The notes under the pieces: model-generated
The model's database searches: none
The model's input: only the letters and a program-made list of their open reading frames with translations
What the model was told of the DNA's origin: nothing
Translations under genes and position numbers: made by a program
Assembly: GCA_965116885.1 (NCBI GenBank)
Contig: OZ220741.1
Location: 2,304,001 to 2,368,000, forward strand
Length of the DNA: 64,000 nt
Reading direction: 5' to 3'
DNA from: Candidatus Latescibacterota bacterium
GTDB taxonomy: Bacteria > Latescibacterota > UBA2968
In this document: positions 28,848 through 39,593 of the stretch, one piece after another
How the letters are laid out: the number at the start of each line of letters is the position of its first letter
Numbering within the stretch: position 1 is the stretch's first letter

Positions 28848-29090
28848 ATGAGTGTATCATCCGCTTATAGGGAAATCATTGATTTTATTGCAGAGGGGAT
28901 AAACCCTGAAGATTTGGTAGCTTTTCATCCATCTGAAACTGCCAAAAAGCAAGTCGCCGATCTGGTCTATCGCGAGAAAACAACAGGACTTACTACAGAA
29001 GAGACGGCTGAACTCAATCACTATTTGGAACTTGAGCATCTGATGCGTCTTGCTAAAGCCCGTACCCGCCACTATTTGAAAGATGAGTAA
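28848..29090 (+). CDS. Small helical protein, putative antitoxin partner of the HNH nuclease
   Basis: AGGAGG RBS; 8-nt overlap with HNH gene; LT.EE.AEL..Y..LEHLMRLAKAR motif. Confidence 0.7.
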   Translation: MSVSSAYREIIDFIAEGINPEDLVAFHPSETAKKQVADLVYREKTTGLTTEETAELNHYLELEHLMRLAKARTRHYLKDE

Positions 29091-29526
29091 AACCTATATC
29101 AGCGTTGCTTTGCGACAACTTGTGATAACACGCGCCAAGAGGCTGTGCGAATACTGCCTGATTCACGAAGATGATGCCTATTTTGGATGCGAAATTGATC
29201 ACATCATTAGTGTGAAACATGGCGGACCAACAGAAGATAGCAATTTGGCCTATGCGTGTTTGTTCTGCAATCGCAACAAGGGTAGTGACATTGGGTCTAT
29301 CGTGAGACAAACGGGACAATTTTATCGTTTCTTTAATCCTCGTATTGATCATTGGGCAGATCATTTCGCTTTGAACGGCGTGAGAATTGATACTCTTACA
29401 GAAATAGGCGAGGTGACTGCTCGTATTTTGGATTTCAATCATATAGACCGTTTAATTGAGCGTCAGGAATTGGAGACTTTTGGCTATTATCCTCCCCCTG
29501 ACGCTCTTGTATTAATTTCAAGGTAG
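29083..29526 (+). CDS. HNH endonuclease
   Basis: CEYC...IDHII..KHGG...NLA.AC..CN..KG, FNPR...W..HF. Confidence 0.9.
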   Translation: MSKTYISVALRQLVITRAKRLCEYCLIHEDDAYFGCEIDHIISVKHGGPTEDSNLAYACLFCNRNKGSDIGSIVRQTGQFYRFFNPRIDHWADHFALNGVRIDTLTEIGEVTARILDFNHIDRLIERQELETFGYYPPPDALVLISR

Positions 29527-29604
29527 CATAGCAGATCGCCCGAGTTTTATCGAATTTTATCCAGACTGAAAAAAGTCGCGTGCGTTTTGAAAGGAGCGCT
29601 TATT

Positions 29605-30792
29605 ATGACTCTTAGTGAACAACAGATTTCGGACTATCATGAGGATGGTTATCTGATTATTCGCAATGTTTTGTCCGCGACTGAAGCCAATGACCTTCGT
29701 CGCGTCGTGCAAGAAAAGGTCAAACGCGGTGCGTATCCACCAAAGCTTTTGTATCCCGAGCCAGCGAAATACACGGTGAGTGGCAACAGGCTGTCAGAAC
29801 CGGGGCTTAATTCGATTTCCGAGCATCCGACGGTTGTTGGTGCGGTGGAGTCCGTGCTGGGGCAACCCGCGCATTTGACGGCTTTTGTCGCGTATCTGAG
29901 AACGCCGGGCGATAAGGGGGGTGGTGCCCACTGCGATTACAAGCGGTGGCGTCCCGTGGGTTCGTCGATGAACTGGGTGTTTGCCATTATTCCGTTGACT
30001 GATTTCGATCCGGTGTATGGCCCCTTTCTGGTGTCGCCGAAATCGCACAAACTGACGCGGGTAATTGACGAGGAGGCACATATTTTAGATGTCAATCGGC
30101 CCGATAGGAGCCAGTTGCCGGATTTTATCGATCCAGAGCTTAAAGCGGGGGATTTGCTGATTGTCAACGAGCATGTCTGGCATGAAGCACCTGCTGGTAC
30201 GAGTACAGAAGACCGTTGTGGTATTTTCAATAAGTATTGTGCGATAAACGCGCCGCCTGCCGCAGGGTATTATCCGTATAATCCCGCCGCCCTTGAGGCT
30301 TTAAGCGACGATGGTAAACGGCTTATTCCCGTGTGTTTTGACAAGCCGATTGAGACGACACGTCTGCTTATCGAGTGTCCTAATGGCGGAGAGCCGAGGT
30401 TCTTGCTGCGACGCGATGATGCGACGACTTGTTGGGCGTTGCCGGGAGGCGAGGGATGGGAAGAGGAAAAGTTGGTCGGCTGGGATGTCGGCGCGCGTGT
30501 AGGCTCTTTGCAAGAGCTTACCAGGACGCAACTTGGTCTGGAGGTGCCGTGGGTGTCGTATATCGAAGATGTGGAAGAGGAAGAGGGTATTTGTCGCGTT
30601 TATGGTTTCTCGGATGAGAATATAGACGCCGATGCGCTGGCAAACGGAGACTGCGACTGGTTCACTAAAGCACAGATACAACATCTCGGCGAAGGTGATG
30701 CGATTAGTCGCACTGTTGATCTATGGCAGCGAACAGATATTATTCGCGGCAAGGGGAAGGCGTGTAATCAGAGTCGGAAGCAGTTTGAATGA
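29605..30792 (+). CDS. PhyH-type Fe/2OG dioxygenase with C-terminal Nudix-like domain
   Basis: YHEDGYLIIRNVL, HCD and VWH iron triad; C-terminal FLL...WALPGG...EEE. Confidence 0.8.
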   Translation: MTLSEQQISDYHEDGYLIIRNVLSATEANDLRRVVQEKVKRGAYPPKLLYPEPAKYTVSGNRLSEPGLNSISEHPTVVGAVESVLGQPAHLTAFVAYLRTPGDKGGGAHCDYKRWRPVGSSMNWVFAIIPLTDFDPVYGPFLVSPKSHKLTRVIDEEAHILDVNRPDRSQLPDFIDPELKAGDLLIVNEHVWHEAPAGTSTEDRCGIFNKYCAINAPPAAGYYPYNPAALEALSDDGKRLIPVCFDKPIETTRLLIECPNGGEPRFLLRRDDATTCWALPGGEGWEEEKLVGWDVGARVGSLQELTRTQLGLEVPWVSYIEDVEEEEGICRVYGFSDENIDADALANGDCDWFTKAQIQHLGEGDAISRTVDLWQRTDIIRGKGKACNQSRKQFE

Positions 30793-30812
30793 GTTGGTTT
30801 TAAATCGTTCAA

Positions 30813-32060
30813 TTATTCTTTTTTAAACACAACGACTCGGTTGGTGTTTGTACCTTTTTTTCTGTTATCGACGCCCCAAACATTGGCAGTTTTAGTGAAT
30901 TCCTGGTCGTTGATTAAGACGAGCAATGGCGTGAGTCCCGCTTCGATGCCGCACGGGATAACCGCTTCTTCGAGTTTTACTTTGCCGTGTCTGACTTCGC
31001 CGACTTCAAAGGCGATATGTCCGCCGGGTTTCAAGACGCGCTTTAATTCGAAAAAGACCTTTGTCATTTCGCGTTGCCATTGCTCTACTTTTCTCGCCAT
31101 AGTGATGGGAACAGTTGCAGGGTCTATCCCGCAAAACCAGCATCGCAACCAGTTGTCCTGTGCGTAGTTGACGACATCGAGAAACGGTGGGGAGGTTACG
31201 ACAAGGGATACAGAGTTAGACGCGATTTGGGGAATGCTATCTGATGGTTGCGTAAGAAAGCGCGCCTGATTAGAAGCGCATTTCAATATTTTTCGAGTTT
31301 GATCGTCGCAATTTTTTAATAGAGTACGCGTTTTTTTAAGGATGCTATCTTTGACATCTCTTAACGGTGGTTCTTGATTTCTTTTTTTGTTGATCTTTTT
31401 TTGTGAATCAATAGAGACAGCCTGGTTGGGTGGCAGGGTATAAACCGAAAAAAAACCGGATGAGTGACCCGTCAATCTGCTCAGTGCGATCAGACGAATC
31501 CATTGATCGATCCAATCGAGTTTGCCAGCTTTTTCTTTAAGATATTTTTTTAAGGCGCAAATCTGCTTAAGGGTTTCCGGGTGATAAAAGACCAGTAATT
31601 CTTCTGGGTATTTATCGACATCTTTGAATTCTATATGGGATAGCCTGTCGGCGACTTGTTCGGTTGTGGGGGGATTCAGGCGAGGGAGTGTCAGAATAGA
31701 ACTCAGCGGATTGATGTCGCATCCTATGGGAACGCGGCCCAAAAGCGCGGATTCGATGAGTGTTGTACCCCGCCCGGCAAAGGGGTCATAGACTGCGTCG
31801 CCCGGTATGGTTAATCGTTCGATAAAGAATCTGGGGAGTTGGGGCTTGAAGCACGCTCGGTATGATATTTCGTGGAGTGCGTTGGCAGCTCTTTGTTTGG
31901 CGGTCCAAAATTCGTTTACGTAAGTTTCAAGGCGAATCTGCTCTGTCTCCGTAGAGGTCACAATCGTATTTTGGCCAAATGCGTTGAAATCAGCCAATTC
32001 CCGTTTGAGCCAGTCAGATGCAGGGGATTCTATCGATAGTGTCAGTTGTTTCGCGGTCAT
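30813..32060 (-). CDS. Amino-DNA methyltransferase (SPPF, probably N4-cytosine, alpha motif order), orphan
   Basis: YDPFAGRGTT (motif I) precedes VVTSPPF (motif IV); RVLKPGG. Confidence 0.85.
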   Translation of the reverse strand: MTAKQLTLSIESPASDWLKRELADFNAFGQNTIVTSTETEQIRLETYVNEFWTAKQRAANALHEISYRACFKPQLPRFFIERLTIPGDAVYDPFAGRGTTLIESALLGRVPIGCDINPLSSILTLPRLNPPTTEQVADRLSHIEFKDVDKYPEELLVFYHPETLKQICALKKYLKEKAGKLDWIDQWIRLIALSRLTGHSSGFFSVYTLPPNQAVSIDSQKKINKKRNQEPPLRDVKDSILKKTRTLLKNCDDQTRKILKCASNQARFLTQPSDSIPQIASNSVSLVVTSPPFLDVVNYAQDNWLRCWFCGIDPATVPITMARKVEQWQREMTKVFFELKRVLKPGGHIAFEVGEVRHGKVKLEEAVIPCGIEAGLTPLLVLINDQEFTKTANVWGVDNRKKGTNTNRVVVFKKE

Positions 32061-32096
32061 AATATGTGTTCGTGTTAGAGGCGTTTATCGCAAATA

Positions 32097-32125
32097 TTTA
32101 TAGACATAAAACTGCTTGATGTCAA
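32097..32125 (-). promoter_or_regulatory. Putative sigma70 promoter for the methyltransferase
   Basis: Minus strand TTGACA-N17-TATAAA, 36 nt upstream of the ATG; -10 imperfect. Confidence 0.5.
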
Positions 32126-32165
32126 GATGGGAGGGAATATTCCATTCGGCGAATAGAAACGGATC

Positions 32166-34124
32166 ATGGATATTTTTATTAAAAAGGAAATATGTCGCGA
32201 TCTCGGTCAGGCGATGGGGCGGGAGTGGCTTGAGACCAATGGTTTGGGGGGATTTGCGTGTTCTACCATTGTCGGGATGAATACGCGGCGGTACCACGGC
32301 TTGCTTATTCCTGCACAAGATGAGTCGTATGGTCGGTTTGTCGCGCTGTCCAAATTTGAAGAGACGCTTATTGTGCCCGATATGGGGACTTTTGAACTGA
32401 GTAGTAATTGCTACGCTGGTGCTATTCACCCGCACGGTTATCGCCATCTGGATCAGGTCCGATTGGATCCCTTTCCCACCTTTACCTATTGTACTGGCGA
32501 CTTGTGTTTTGAAAAGCAGATTTTTATGGTCTATGGTCAAAATACTACTGTGATTACTTATGGTCCCTTTGATCGCCCTGTTATGCTTACGCTGCGTCCG
32601 CTCGCGGCTTTCCGAGATTATCATCACCTGGCGCGCCGGAATGATATGCTCAATGGCGATGTCGATATTTGCGATGGTTTGATGGGTTTTCAGCCTTATT
32701 CGGAATACCCGCCTTTGTATATCGCGCATAATGGAGAATTTCAATCGCGTGGCGATTGGTATTACAATTTTGAATATGCCGTTGAAGCGTACCGCGGCCT
32801 GGACGATCGGGAAGACCTGTATTGTCCCGGAGAATTTACCTTTGATCTCGAAGCGGGCGAATCCGCGCACTTGCTCGTCAGTCTTGAACGCGGCACATGC
32901 GATCAGGTGAATGCGCTTCGGCAGGCTGAGGTAGATCGGAGAAATAAAATTGTTCAATCAGTTCCCAAATGCACGGGTCTTAGTTTGAGTGCGGATGCTT
33001 TTTTTGTCAGACGTAGCGATGCTCGCGCTACCATCATCGCGGGTTATCCTTGGTTTACGGATTGGGGGCGCGATACGATGATTGCGCTGCCCGGTCTGGC
33101 GCTGGTGACCGGACGATTTGACGAAGCACGCGATATTCTCGCTGCTTATGCACATTTTTGCGACGAGGGGATGATTCCAAACCGTTTTCCCGATTGGGGT
33201 GATGTACCCGAGTACAATAGCGTGGATGCAACCCTGTGGTATGTCTATGCGGTGGATCGCTTTTTGGCGTACACAGATGATTATGATTTTGTGTGGGAAA
33301 ATCTCTGGGGGGTGCTCCAAGAGATCATCCACTATTTTGTTCGGGGAACGCGCTATAATATTCATCTGGATTGCGATGGGTTGCTCTATGCCGGGGAACC
33401 CGGTGTGCAACTGACATGGATGGATGCTAAGGTGGGAGATTGGGTCGTTACCCCGCGGCAGGGCAAACCCGTTGAGATCAATGCGCTGTGGTACAATGCG
33501 CTGTGCGTGATGCGCGATCTGTCTGATAGATATAGCGAGCCCAAACTCAGTGCCGAATACGCCAATCTGGCGGAAAAAACAGCTGCGCGCTTTGTGGAGA
33601 CATTTTGGAATTCCGATGCTGGATGTTTGTACGACTGTCTGACCGATGTGCCGGATGCGGCGATTCGTCCCAATCAGATCTTTGCACTCAGCCTGCCGCA
33701 TCGCATGCTCGATGCCGCGCGTGAACGCCGTATTCTCGATGTGGTCGAACGCGAGTTGCTCACGCCTTATGGTTTGCGAAGTCTGTCGCCGTCCGACGCG
33801 GCATACCGGGGTACTTATGGCGGCGATCCGTATAGTCGCGATGGCGCGTATCACCAGGGGACGGTCTGGGCATGGCTTATGGGACCGTTTATCACTTCCT
33901 GGGTTCGCATTCACGGCGACGAGGCAGGTGTGCGTGCTAATGCAAGACGTATGTTGTGCCCTTTGTTGCGCCATGTTGAAGCGTCGGGCGTGGGACATAT
34001 TTCTGAAATTTTCGATGGCGACCCGCCCCATGCATCTCGCGGTTGCTTTGCCCAGGCGTGGAGCACTGCCGAAGTTTTGCGCGCTTTTGTAGAGGATGTG
34101 CTGGACCAGGGACCTGAAAAATGA
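32166..34124 (+). CDS. Glycogen debranching enzyme (amylo-alpha-1,6-glucosidase)
   Basis: EWLETNGLGG, RRYHGLL, AGYPWFTDWGRD, LTWMDA, RPNQ, YHQGTVW, QAWS. Confidence 0.93.
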   Translation: MDIFIKKEICRDLGQAMGREWLETNGLGGFACSTIVGMNTRRYHGLLIPAQDESYGRFVALSKFEETLIVPDMGTFELSSNCYAGAIHPHGYRHLDQVRLDPFPTFTYCTGDLCFEKQIFMVYGQNTTVITYGPFDRPVMLTLRPLAAFRDYHHLARRNDMLNGDVDICDGLMGFQPYSEYPPLYIAHNGEFQSRGDWYYNFEYAVEAYRGLDDREDLYCPGEFTFDLEAGESAHLLVSLERGTCDQVNALRQAEVDRRNKIVQSVPKCTGLSLSADAFFVRRSDARATIIAGYPWFTDWGRDTMIALPGLALVTGRFDEARDILAAYAHFCDEGMIPNRFPDWGDVPEYNSVDATLWYVYAVDRFLAYTDDYDFVWENLWGVLQEIIHYFVRGTRYNIHLDCDGLLYAGEPGVQLTWMDAKVGDWVVTPRQGKPVEINALWYNALCVMRDLSDRYSEPKLSAEYANLAEKTAARFVETFWNSDAGCLYDCLTDVPDAAIRPNQIFALSLPHRMLDAARERRILDVVERELLTPYGLRSLSPSDAAYRGTYGGDPYSRDGAYHQGTVWAWLMGPFITSWVRIHGDEAGVRANARRMLCPLLRHVEASGVGHISEIFDGDPPHASRGCFAQAWSTAEVLRAFVEDVLDQGPEK

Positions 34125-34137
34125 AATAGAGGAAAAT

Positions 34138-35742
34138 ATGAACGAAATAGATCAAAATGGTCGTGAGTCGGTTGTGACAAAATGGGGACGCATTGAGATC
34201 GATTTTGAAAGTGATAAAGATTACGGAAATCCCATTCAAGAAGCGGCATTGCAGGTGGTGTTTACATCGCCTTTTGGATCGATTTACAATGTGATGGGAT
34301 TCTGGGATGGCGAGCGGCAATGGCGCGTGCGTTTTTGTCCAGATGAAGAGGGCGAGTGGTCGTATGCGACGTTTTTTTCAGATGCGGAAAACGCGGGATT
34401 GCACAATCGCGAGGGGCGTTTTATGTGCGGACCATCGCAGACGATCAGTGAATTTGATGTACATGGTCCCATTGCGCTGTCCGCAAACAGGCGGCATTTT
34501 GTTTATGCAGATGAGAAGCCGTTTTTCTTTATGGCAGATACGGCGTGGAATGGGTGTTTGCGTTCTACGCGAGATGAATGGCGCTATTATCTCAGCGAGC
34601 GGGTGCGGCAGGGGTTTAATACCGTGCAATGGGTGGCTACGCAGTGGCGTGCGGCGCCAGATGGCGATATCGAGGGCAATCCGGCGTTTTTCGGCGCGGA
34701 AAAGATTGCAATAAATCCGGCTTTTTTTCAGCGGTTGGATGACTGGGTGGAGATGACTTTTCAGGCGGGTCTGGTCAATGCGCCCGTGATGTTGTGGGCA
34801 CTGGGAGGGCGCAATCATCCGAAAAAGAGTCCGGGCGTCTCGTTGTCAGAGGACCAGATGATTTTGCTGGCTGAATATATGGTCGCGCGCTGGGCGTGTT
34901 ATCCCATGGTGTGGATTTTGGGTGGGGATGGCAATTACGATGGTGAGCATGCCGAGCGATGGCAGCGCGTTGGGCGCGCGATTTTCGGGAAAGGTCCTCA
35001 TGCGCCTGTGGCAATGCACAGTTCGGGGCGGCGATTCCCGACGGATGAATTTCGGTCTGAAAATTGGCTCGATGTAGTGGGCTATCAAAGCGGGCATGGC
35101 GATAGCGACGAGATTTTGCAGTGGATTGTGACGGGACCGCCTTCGGAAGATTGGAAAAAGACGCCGCGCCAATTTTATATTAACATGGAGCCTTCTTATG
35201 AAAATCACGTGGCCTATCATTCAAAGCGACCACACGATGCAGCGTCGGTGAGGAGGGCGATGTACTGGAGCCTGCTCAACGCGCCAACCGCTGGCGTGAC
35301 TTATGGGGGGCACGGTGTGTGGGGGTGGGACGATGGCAGTGGCCCGCCCGTTGATCATCCCAATTCGGGAACGCCTCTGCCCTGGCATGATGCGCTGCTG
35401 ATGGATGGGGCAGAGCAAGTGCGCTATCTCGTCGATGCATTCGATTCTATCGGGTGGTGGACGTTGCGGCCGGCGCCAGAGTTGTTGAGCGTCCAGCCCG
35501 GCGAGCGAGATGTACACAATCACATTTTGATTTCTAAATCTGTGGCAAATGATCTCGTGGTTGCCTATACACCACAGGGTGAGGCGGTGGTGGTGAAGAT
35601 GGCGGGGCTGTCACCACAGCTTCGGGGTATCTGGTACAATCCGCGCGATGGCGATGTGGAAGCAGCAGAAGTGCGCGAGGGTAATGGCAGGCGCGTTTAC
35701 GAAGCACCGGGAGATGGCGATTGGCTTCTGGTTCTGGCATGA
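34138..35742 (+). CDS. DUF5060/DUF4038 glycoside hydrolase (apiosidase-like) with C-terminal collagen-binding-like domain
   Basis: FWDG..W.VRF.P...GEW.Y, PFFFMADTAW, QSGH, EPSYE, GVTYG, WYNPRDG...DW.LVL. Confidence 0.8.
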   Translation: MNEIDQNGRESVVTKWGRIEIDFESDKDYGNPIQEAALQVVFTSPFGSIYNVMGFWDGERQWRVRFCPDEEGEWSYATFFSDAENAGLHNREGRFMCGPSQTISEFDVHGPIALSANRRHFVYADEKPFFFMADTAWNGCLRSTRDEWRYYLSERVRQGFNTVQWVATQWRAAPDGDIEGNPAFFGAEKIAINPAFFQRLDDWVEMTFQAGLVNAPVMLWALGGRNHPKKSPGVSLSEDQMILLAEYMVARWACYPMVWILGGDGNYDGEHAERWQRVGRAIFGKGPHAPVAMHSSGRRFPTDEFRSENWLDVVGYQSGHGDSDEILQWIVTGPPSEDWKKTPRQFYINMEPSYENHVAYHSKRPHDAASVRRAMYWSLLNAPTAGVTYGGHGVWGWDDGSGPPVDHPNSGTPLPWHDALLMDGAEQVRYLVDAFDSIGWWTLRPAPELLSVQPGERDVHNHILISKSVANDLVVAYTPQGEAVVVKMAGLSPQLRGIWYNPRDGDVEAAEVREGNGRRVYEAPGDGDWLLVLA

Positions 35743-35752
35743 GGAGGGTTAA

Positions 35753-36592
35753 ATGGATCATACTTTTGAACAGAATTGTACGGTGTCTTATAAGGTTCTC
35801 AGTCCCAATACTCGCGGATCAGATCACCATTACGAAATAGATGTTTGTGCATCGGCAGAGGAGTTGCGGCAATTTGATCGGGAAGGGTATCTGGTGCGCG
35901 AGGGATTGTTTGTGGGCGAGGACTTGAAGGCATTGCAAGATGCGCTGGATCGGTTGGAGGATCGGGAATCGGGTGCGTTTCGAGATACTGGAAAGCGGTC
36001 CTGGGGGCGTATCCCGCGGCATTTGATGGATAAAGATCCGGTGTTTTTGGATTTGTTGAAGTTTCCGCCAGTGTTGTCTATTGCGCGGGCGATGATGGGA
36101 CCGCTGGTCAGGCTTCGGGGGCTGAGCGCGCGGATCAGTTATCCGGCTGCGACGCCTCATCAGACCCCATGGCACCAGCATTTGCGCGTGGTTTCCAATC
36201 CTTTACCGCCGTGGTTTTCCAGACCTCATGGGATAGATGCTCTGATTTATCTGGATGACTTGAATGAGGATACGGGACCCGTGGGAATTGTGCCGGGGTC
36301 GCACAATTGGTTGGACAGAGCACCGCCTCCCGATGTTTATGAGCCGGTTGAAGGGGAGCTTGTGGTTCGCGTGAAGGCCGGGGGCGGCGTGTTGATTCAC
36401 AGCAATCTCTGGCATCGCGGATTGCCGACGTTGAGGACAAAGCGCAGGATGTTGATTTTGAGTTATACGCCGACCTGGTTGCGCCGATCACCACACGGGG
36501 GACCGCCTCCCGGTGACGGATTGACGCAGGCGATTTTAGAGGGCGATGACGAAGAGGCGCGTATTTTGTTGGGCAAAGGTGGATATTCTTGA
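35753..36592 (+). CDS. PhyH-type Fe/2OG dioxygenase
   Basis: [22 protein letters not shown]. Confidence 0.85.
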   Translation: MDHTFEQNCTVSYKVLSPNTRGSDHHYEIDVCASAEELRQFDREGYLVREGLFVGEDLKALQDALDRLEDRESGAFRDTGKRSWGRIPRHLMDKDPVFLDLLKFPPVLSIARAMMGPLVRLRGLSARISYPAATPHQTPWHQHLRVVSNPLPPWFSRPHGIDALIYLDDLNEDTGPVGIVPGSHNWLDRAPPPDVYEPVEGELVVRVKAGGGVLIHSNLWHRGLPTLRTKRRMLILSYTPTWLRRSPHGGPPPGDGLTQAILEGDDEEARILLGKGGYS

Positions 36593-36611
36593 TTTTTCAA
36601 AGGAGTGGTAT

Positions 36612-38780
36612 ATGAGTGTGGTAGCCGTTGGAGAATTGAATGTAGATGCGGAGCTTTACGCATTGGTCAAAGACGAAATTGCGCCCGATACGGGCGTGGA
36701 TGCAGAGGCTTTTTGGCAGGGGTTGGAAGATATTGTAAGAGATCTGGGGGCGGAGAATCGGCGTTTATTGGAAAGGCGCGATGTCTTACAGGCAAAGATC
36801 GATGCCTGGCACAAGGGGCGCGAATCTATTGATGGGGAAGCGTACAGGGCATTCTTGCAGGAGATCGGGTATTTGTTGCCCGAAGGGGATCATTTTCAGG
36901 TGTTGACAAATGGCGTTGATCCAGAGGTTGCGACAGTGGCGGGACCGCAGCTGGTCGTGCCGGTGGATAATGCGCGTTATTGTTTGAATGCGGCCAATGC
37001 GCGCTGGGGCAGTTTGTACGATGCGCTGTATGGGACAGATGTGATTCCGGAGGATGATGGCGCAGATATGGGAACGGCGTATAATCCCGTGCGCGGCGAG
37101 AAGGTGATTGCCAGTGCGAATGATTTTTTGGATGAGACTGTGCCGCTGTCCAATGGGTCTTATGCAGCAGTGACGGCGTTTGCTCTGGGTGAAGAGGGCG
37201 GGCAGAAGGTGCTTGTGGCAGAGGTTGATGGTCGGGATACGGGGTTGTCAGACCCGCATCAGTTTGTGGGCTATGCGGAGCGCGTTGGGGTACTGTCCAG
37301 TGTGTTGTTGGCGCACAATGGGTTGCATATTGAGATTCAGATTGATCCGGGCCATCCCATTGGCAAAGACCATCCGGCAGGGGTGAAAGATGTGGTGCTG
37401 GAATCAGCTATTACCACGATTCAGGATTGTGAGGATTCTGTATCGGCTGTGGATGCCGCGGATAAGGTGCTCGTGTATCGCAACTGGTGCGGTTTGATGA
37501 AGGGGACGCTGGAGACGACTTTTGAAAAGAATGGACAACCCCTGAATCGCAAATTGAATCCCGATAGGAATTATATCCGTCCAGATGGCGGTGCGTTGAC
37601 ATTGCCGGGACGAAGTACGCTGCTGGTGCGAAATGTGGGTATTCACATGTACACCGATGCGGTGACGACTGCCGATGGAGAGGCGATTCCCGAAGGGTTT
37701 TTGGATGCGATGGTGACGTCGCTGGCGGCTATTCACGATTTGAAGGGCAATGGCATATATCAAAATAGCCGCTCGGGTAGCGTGTATATTGTAAAGCCCA
37801 AGATGCACGGGCCTGAAGAGGTGGCGGCGACAGTAGAATTATTCGGGCGCGTGGAGGATGCGCTTGGACTTGCGCGAAATACGCTGAAGATCGGGATTAT
37901 GGATGAGGAACGGCGCACGACTGTCAATTTGAAACGCGCTATGTGGGAAGCCCGCGAGCGCGTCATTTTCATCAATACGGGATTTTTGGATCGCACGGGT
38001 GATGAGATGCACACGAGTATGGAAGCCGGTGCTATGCTTCCCAAGAACGAAATTAAGGCGCAGCCGTGGTTGACGGCTTATGAAGATTGGAATGTGGATG
38101 TGGGTATTGAGACGGGGCTGATCGGCAAAGGGCAAATTGGCAAGGGGATGTGGGCGATGCCGGATGCGATGCGGGAGATGGTGGAGACGAAGATGAATCA
38201 CCCGGAAGCGGGGGCGACTACTGCGTGGGTTCCGTCGCCAACTGCGGCCACATTGCACGCGATGCACTATCATCAGGTGAATGTTTCGGCGCGGCAGGCA
38301 GAACTCGCGAGGCGCGAACGCGCGAGTCTGGAGGCGATTTTGACGCCGCCTTTGCTGGATAGGGATTTGACTGATGAGGAGATCGCGCGGGAATTGGACA
38401 ATAATGCGCAGGGTATTTTGGGCTATGTGGTGCGCTGGGTTGATCAGGGTGTTGGCTGTTCCAAGGTGCCCGATATTCACGATGTGGGTCTGATGGAAGA
38501 TCGCGCGACGTTGCGTATTTCGAGCCAGCATATCGCCAATTGGCTGCATCACGGGATTGTGAGTGCAGAGCAAGTCCGCGAGACGTTTGAGAAGATGGCC
38601 GCGGTTGTAGATCGGCAGAATGTGGGCGATGCGGCGTATCGCAATATGGCGCCAAATTTTGATGAGAGTATCGCGTTTCAAGCGGCGCTCGATCTGGTTT
38701 TCAAGGGTCGCGAAGTGCCCAATGGATATACTGAAATGGTTTTACACGCGCGGCGGCGAGAGGTGAAGGGTGAAGGGTGA
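36612..38780 (+). CDS. glcB: Malate synthase G
   Basis: [60 protein letters not shown]. Confidence 0.97.
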   Translation: MSVVAVGELNVDAELYALVKDEIAPDTGVDAEAFWQGLEDIVRDLGAENRRLLERRDVLQAKIDAWHKGRESIDGEAYRAFLQEIGYLLPEGDHFQVLTNGVDPEVATVAGPQLVVPVDNARYCLNAANARWGSLYDALYGTDVIPEDDGADMGTAYNPVRGEKVIASANDFLDETVPLSNGSYAAVTAFALGEEGGQKVLVAEVDGRDTGLSDPHQFVGYAERVGVLSSVLLAHNGLHIEIQIDPGHPIGKDHPAGVKDVVLESAITTIQDCEDSVSAVDAADKVLVYRNWCGLMKGTLETTFEKNGQPLNRKLNPDRNYIRPDGGALTLPGRSTLLVRNVGIHMYTDAVTTADGEAIPEGFLDAMVTSLAAIHDLKGNGIYQNSRSGSVYIVKPKMHGPEEVAATVELFGRVEDALGLARNTLKIGIMDEERRTTVNLKRAMWEARERVIFINTGFLDRTGDEMHTSMEAGAMLPKNEIKAQPWLTAYEDWNVDVGIETGLIGKGQIGKGMWAMPDAMREMVETKMNHPEAGATTAWVPSPTAATLHAMHYHQVNVSARQAELARRERASLEAILTPPLLDRDLTDEEIARELDNNAQGILGYVVRWVDQGVGCSKVPDIHDVGLMEDRATLRISSQHIANWLHHGIVSAEQVRETFEKMAAVVDRQNVGDAAYRNMAPNFDESIAFQAALDLVFKGREVPNGYTEMVLHARRREVKGEG

Positions 38781-38790
38781 AATTCGAGAT

Positions 38791-38815
38791 GTAGGGGCGA
38801 CCCTTGTGGTCGCCC
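38791..38815 (+). repeat. GTAG-type REP-like palindrome
   Basis: GTAG-GGGCGACC-CTTGT-GGTCGCCC, perfect 8-bp stem between glcB and coaX. Confidence 0.75.
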
Positions 38816-38840
38816 GCCCTATCTGAACAGGAAGTGAACA

Positions 38841-39593
38841 ATGGGGCGAAAGCTGCTGGTTTTTGATGTGGGCAATTCGCGTTTGAAGGCGGCGTTATAC
38901 GATGGCGACCGTCTGATTGCGCGTGTGTCTCTAAGCGGAGTTCAAGATGCGACACAGGTCGTGAATGTTCTCAAATCGCGTTTTGCCCCGAGAGAGACGC
39001 CCGACTACTGTCTGGTTGCTTCTGTGGTGCGCGGCGCAGATGAGGTGATTCAAAAAGCGGTTCAGACGGTGTGGGCGATAGCGCCACAGGTGGTCGATAC
39101 AGAGATGGATCTGGGGATTGATGTCGCTGTGCCTCGTCCTGACCATGTTGGTATTGATCGGCTATTGCAAGCGAGCGAGGCGTTTCGCGTTTGCGCGGGA
39201 AGTGTGGTTGTCGCTGCTTTTGGCTCTGCGCTGACTGTGGATCTGGTGACGGCAGATGGTGTTTTTCGCGGGGGGACGATTGCGCCTGGTTTGGGTATGG
39301 GGTTGCGCGCGCTGCACGATGAGACGAGTCTGCTTCCCCATGTGGCACTTCAACCGCCCGATTCGGCTGCTGGGACGGATACGACTTCTTGTATCCAGGC
39401 GGGTATTGTTTATGGGGCTGCTGGTGCCGTAGAGCGACTGTTTGGTGAGTTGGCTCCCGACGGGTGTGCGACGCTTGTTTTGACTGGGGGGGATGCCGAG
39501 GTAATTGCGCCTTTCATAAACTACCCTCATCGCGTGGAGCCAGATCTGGTCATGCGTGCGCTGGTTTCGTTAGGTCAAAGGTGGTGGCGTTGA
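38841..39593 (+). CDS. coaX: Type III pantothenate kinase
   Basis: DVGNSRLK, SVV, GIDR, GG.IAPG, TGGDA. Confidence 0.9.
   Translation: MGRKLLVFDVGNSRLKAALYDGDRLIARVSLSGVQDATQVVNVLKSRFAPRETPDYCLVASVVRGADEVIQKAVQTVWAIAPQVVDTEMDLGIDVAVPRPDHVGIDRLLQASEAFRVCAGSVVVAAFGSALTVDLVTADGVFRGGTIAPGLGMGLRALHDETSLLPHVALQPPDSAAGTDTTSCIQAGIVYGAAGAVERLFGELAPDGCATLVLTGGDAEVIAPFINYPHRVEPDLVMRALVSLGQRWWR

Noticed and set aside
29083..32060. HNH + methyltransferase as one restriction-modification system
   Set aside because: Separated by an unrelated gene, on opposite strands, and the HNH has its own small partner.
39550..39593. 44-nt convergent overlap of coaX and the lyase gene
   Set aside because: Short tail-to-tail overlaps are common; no sign of function.
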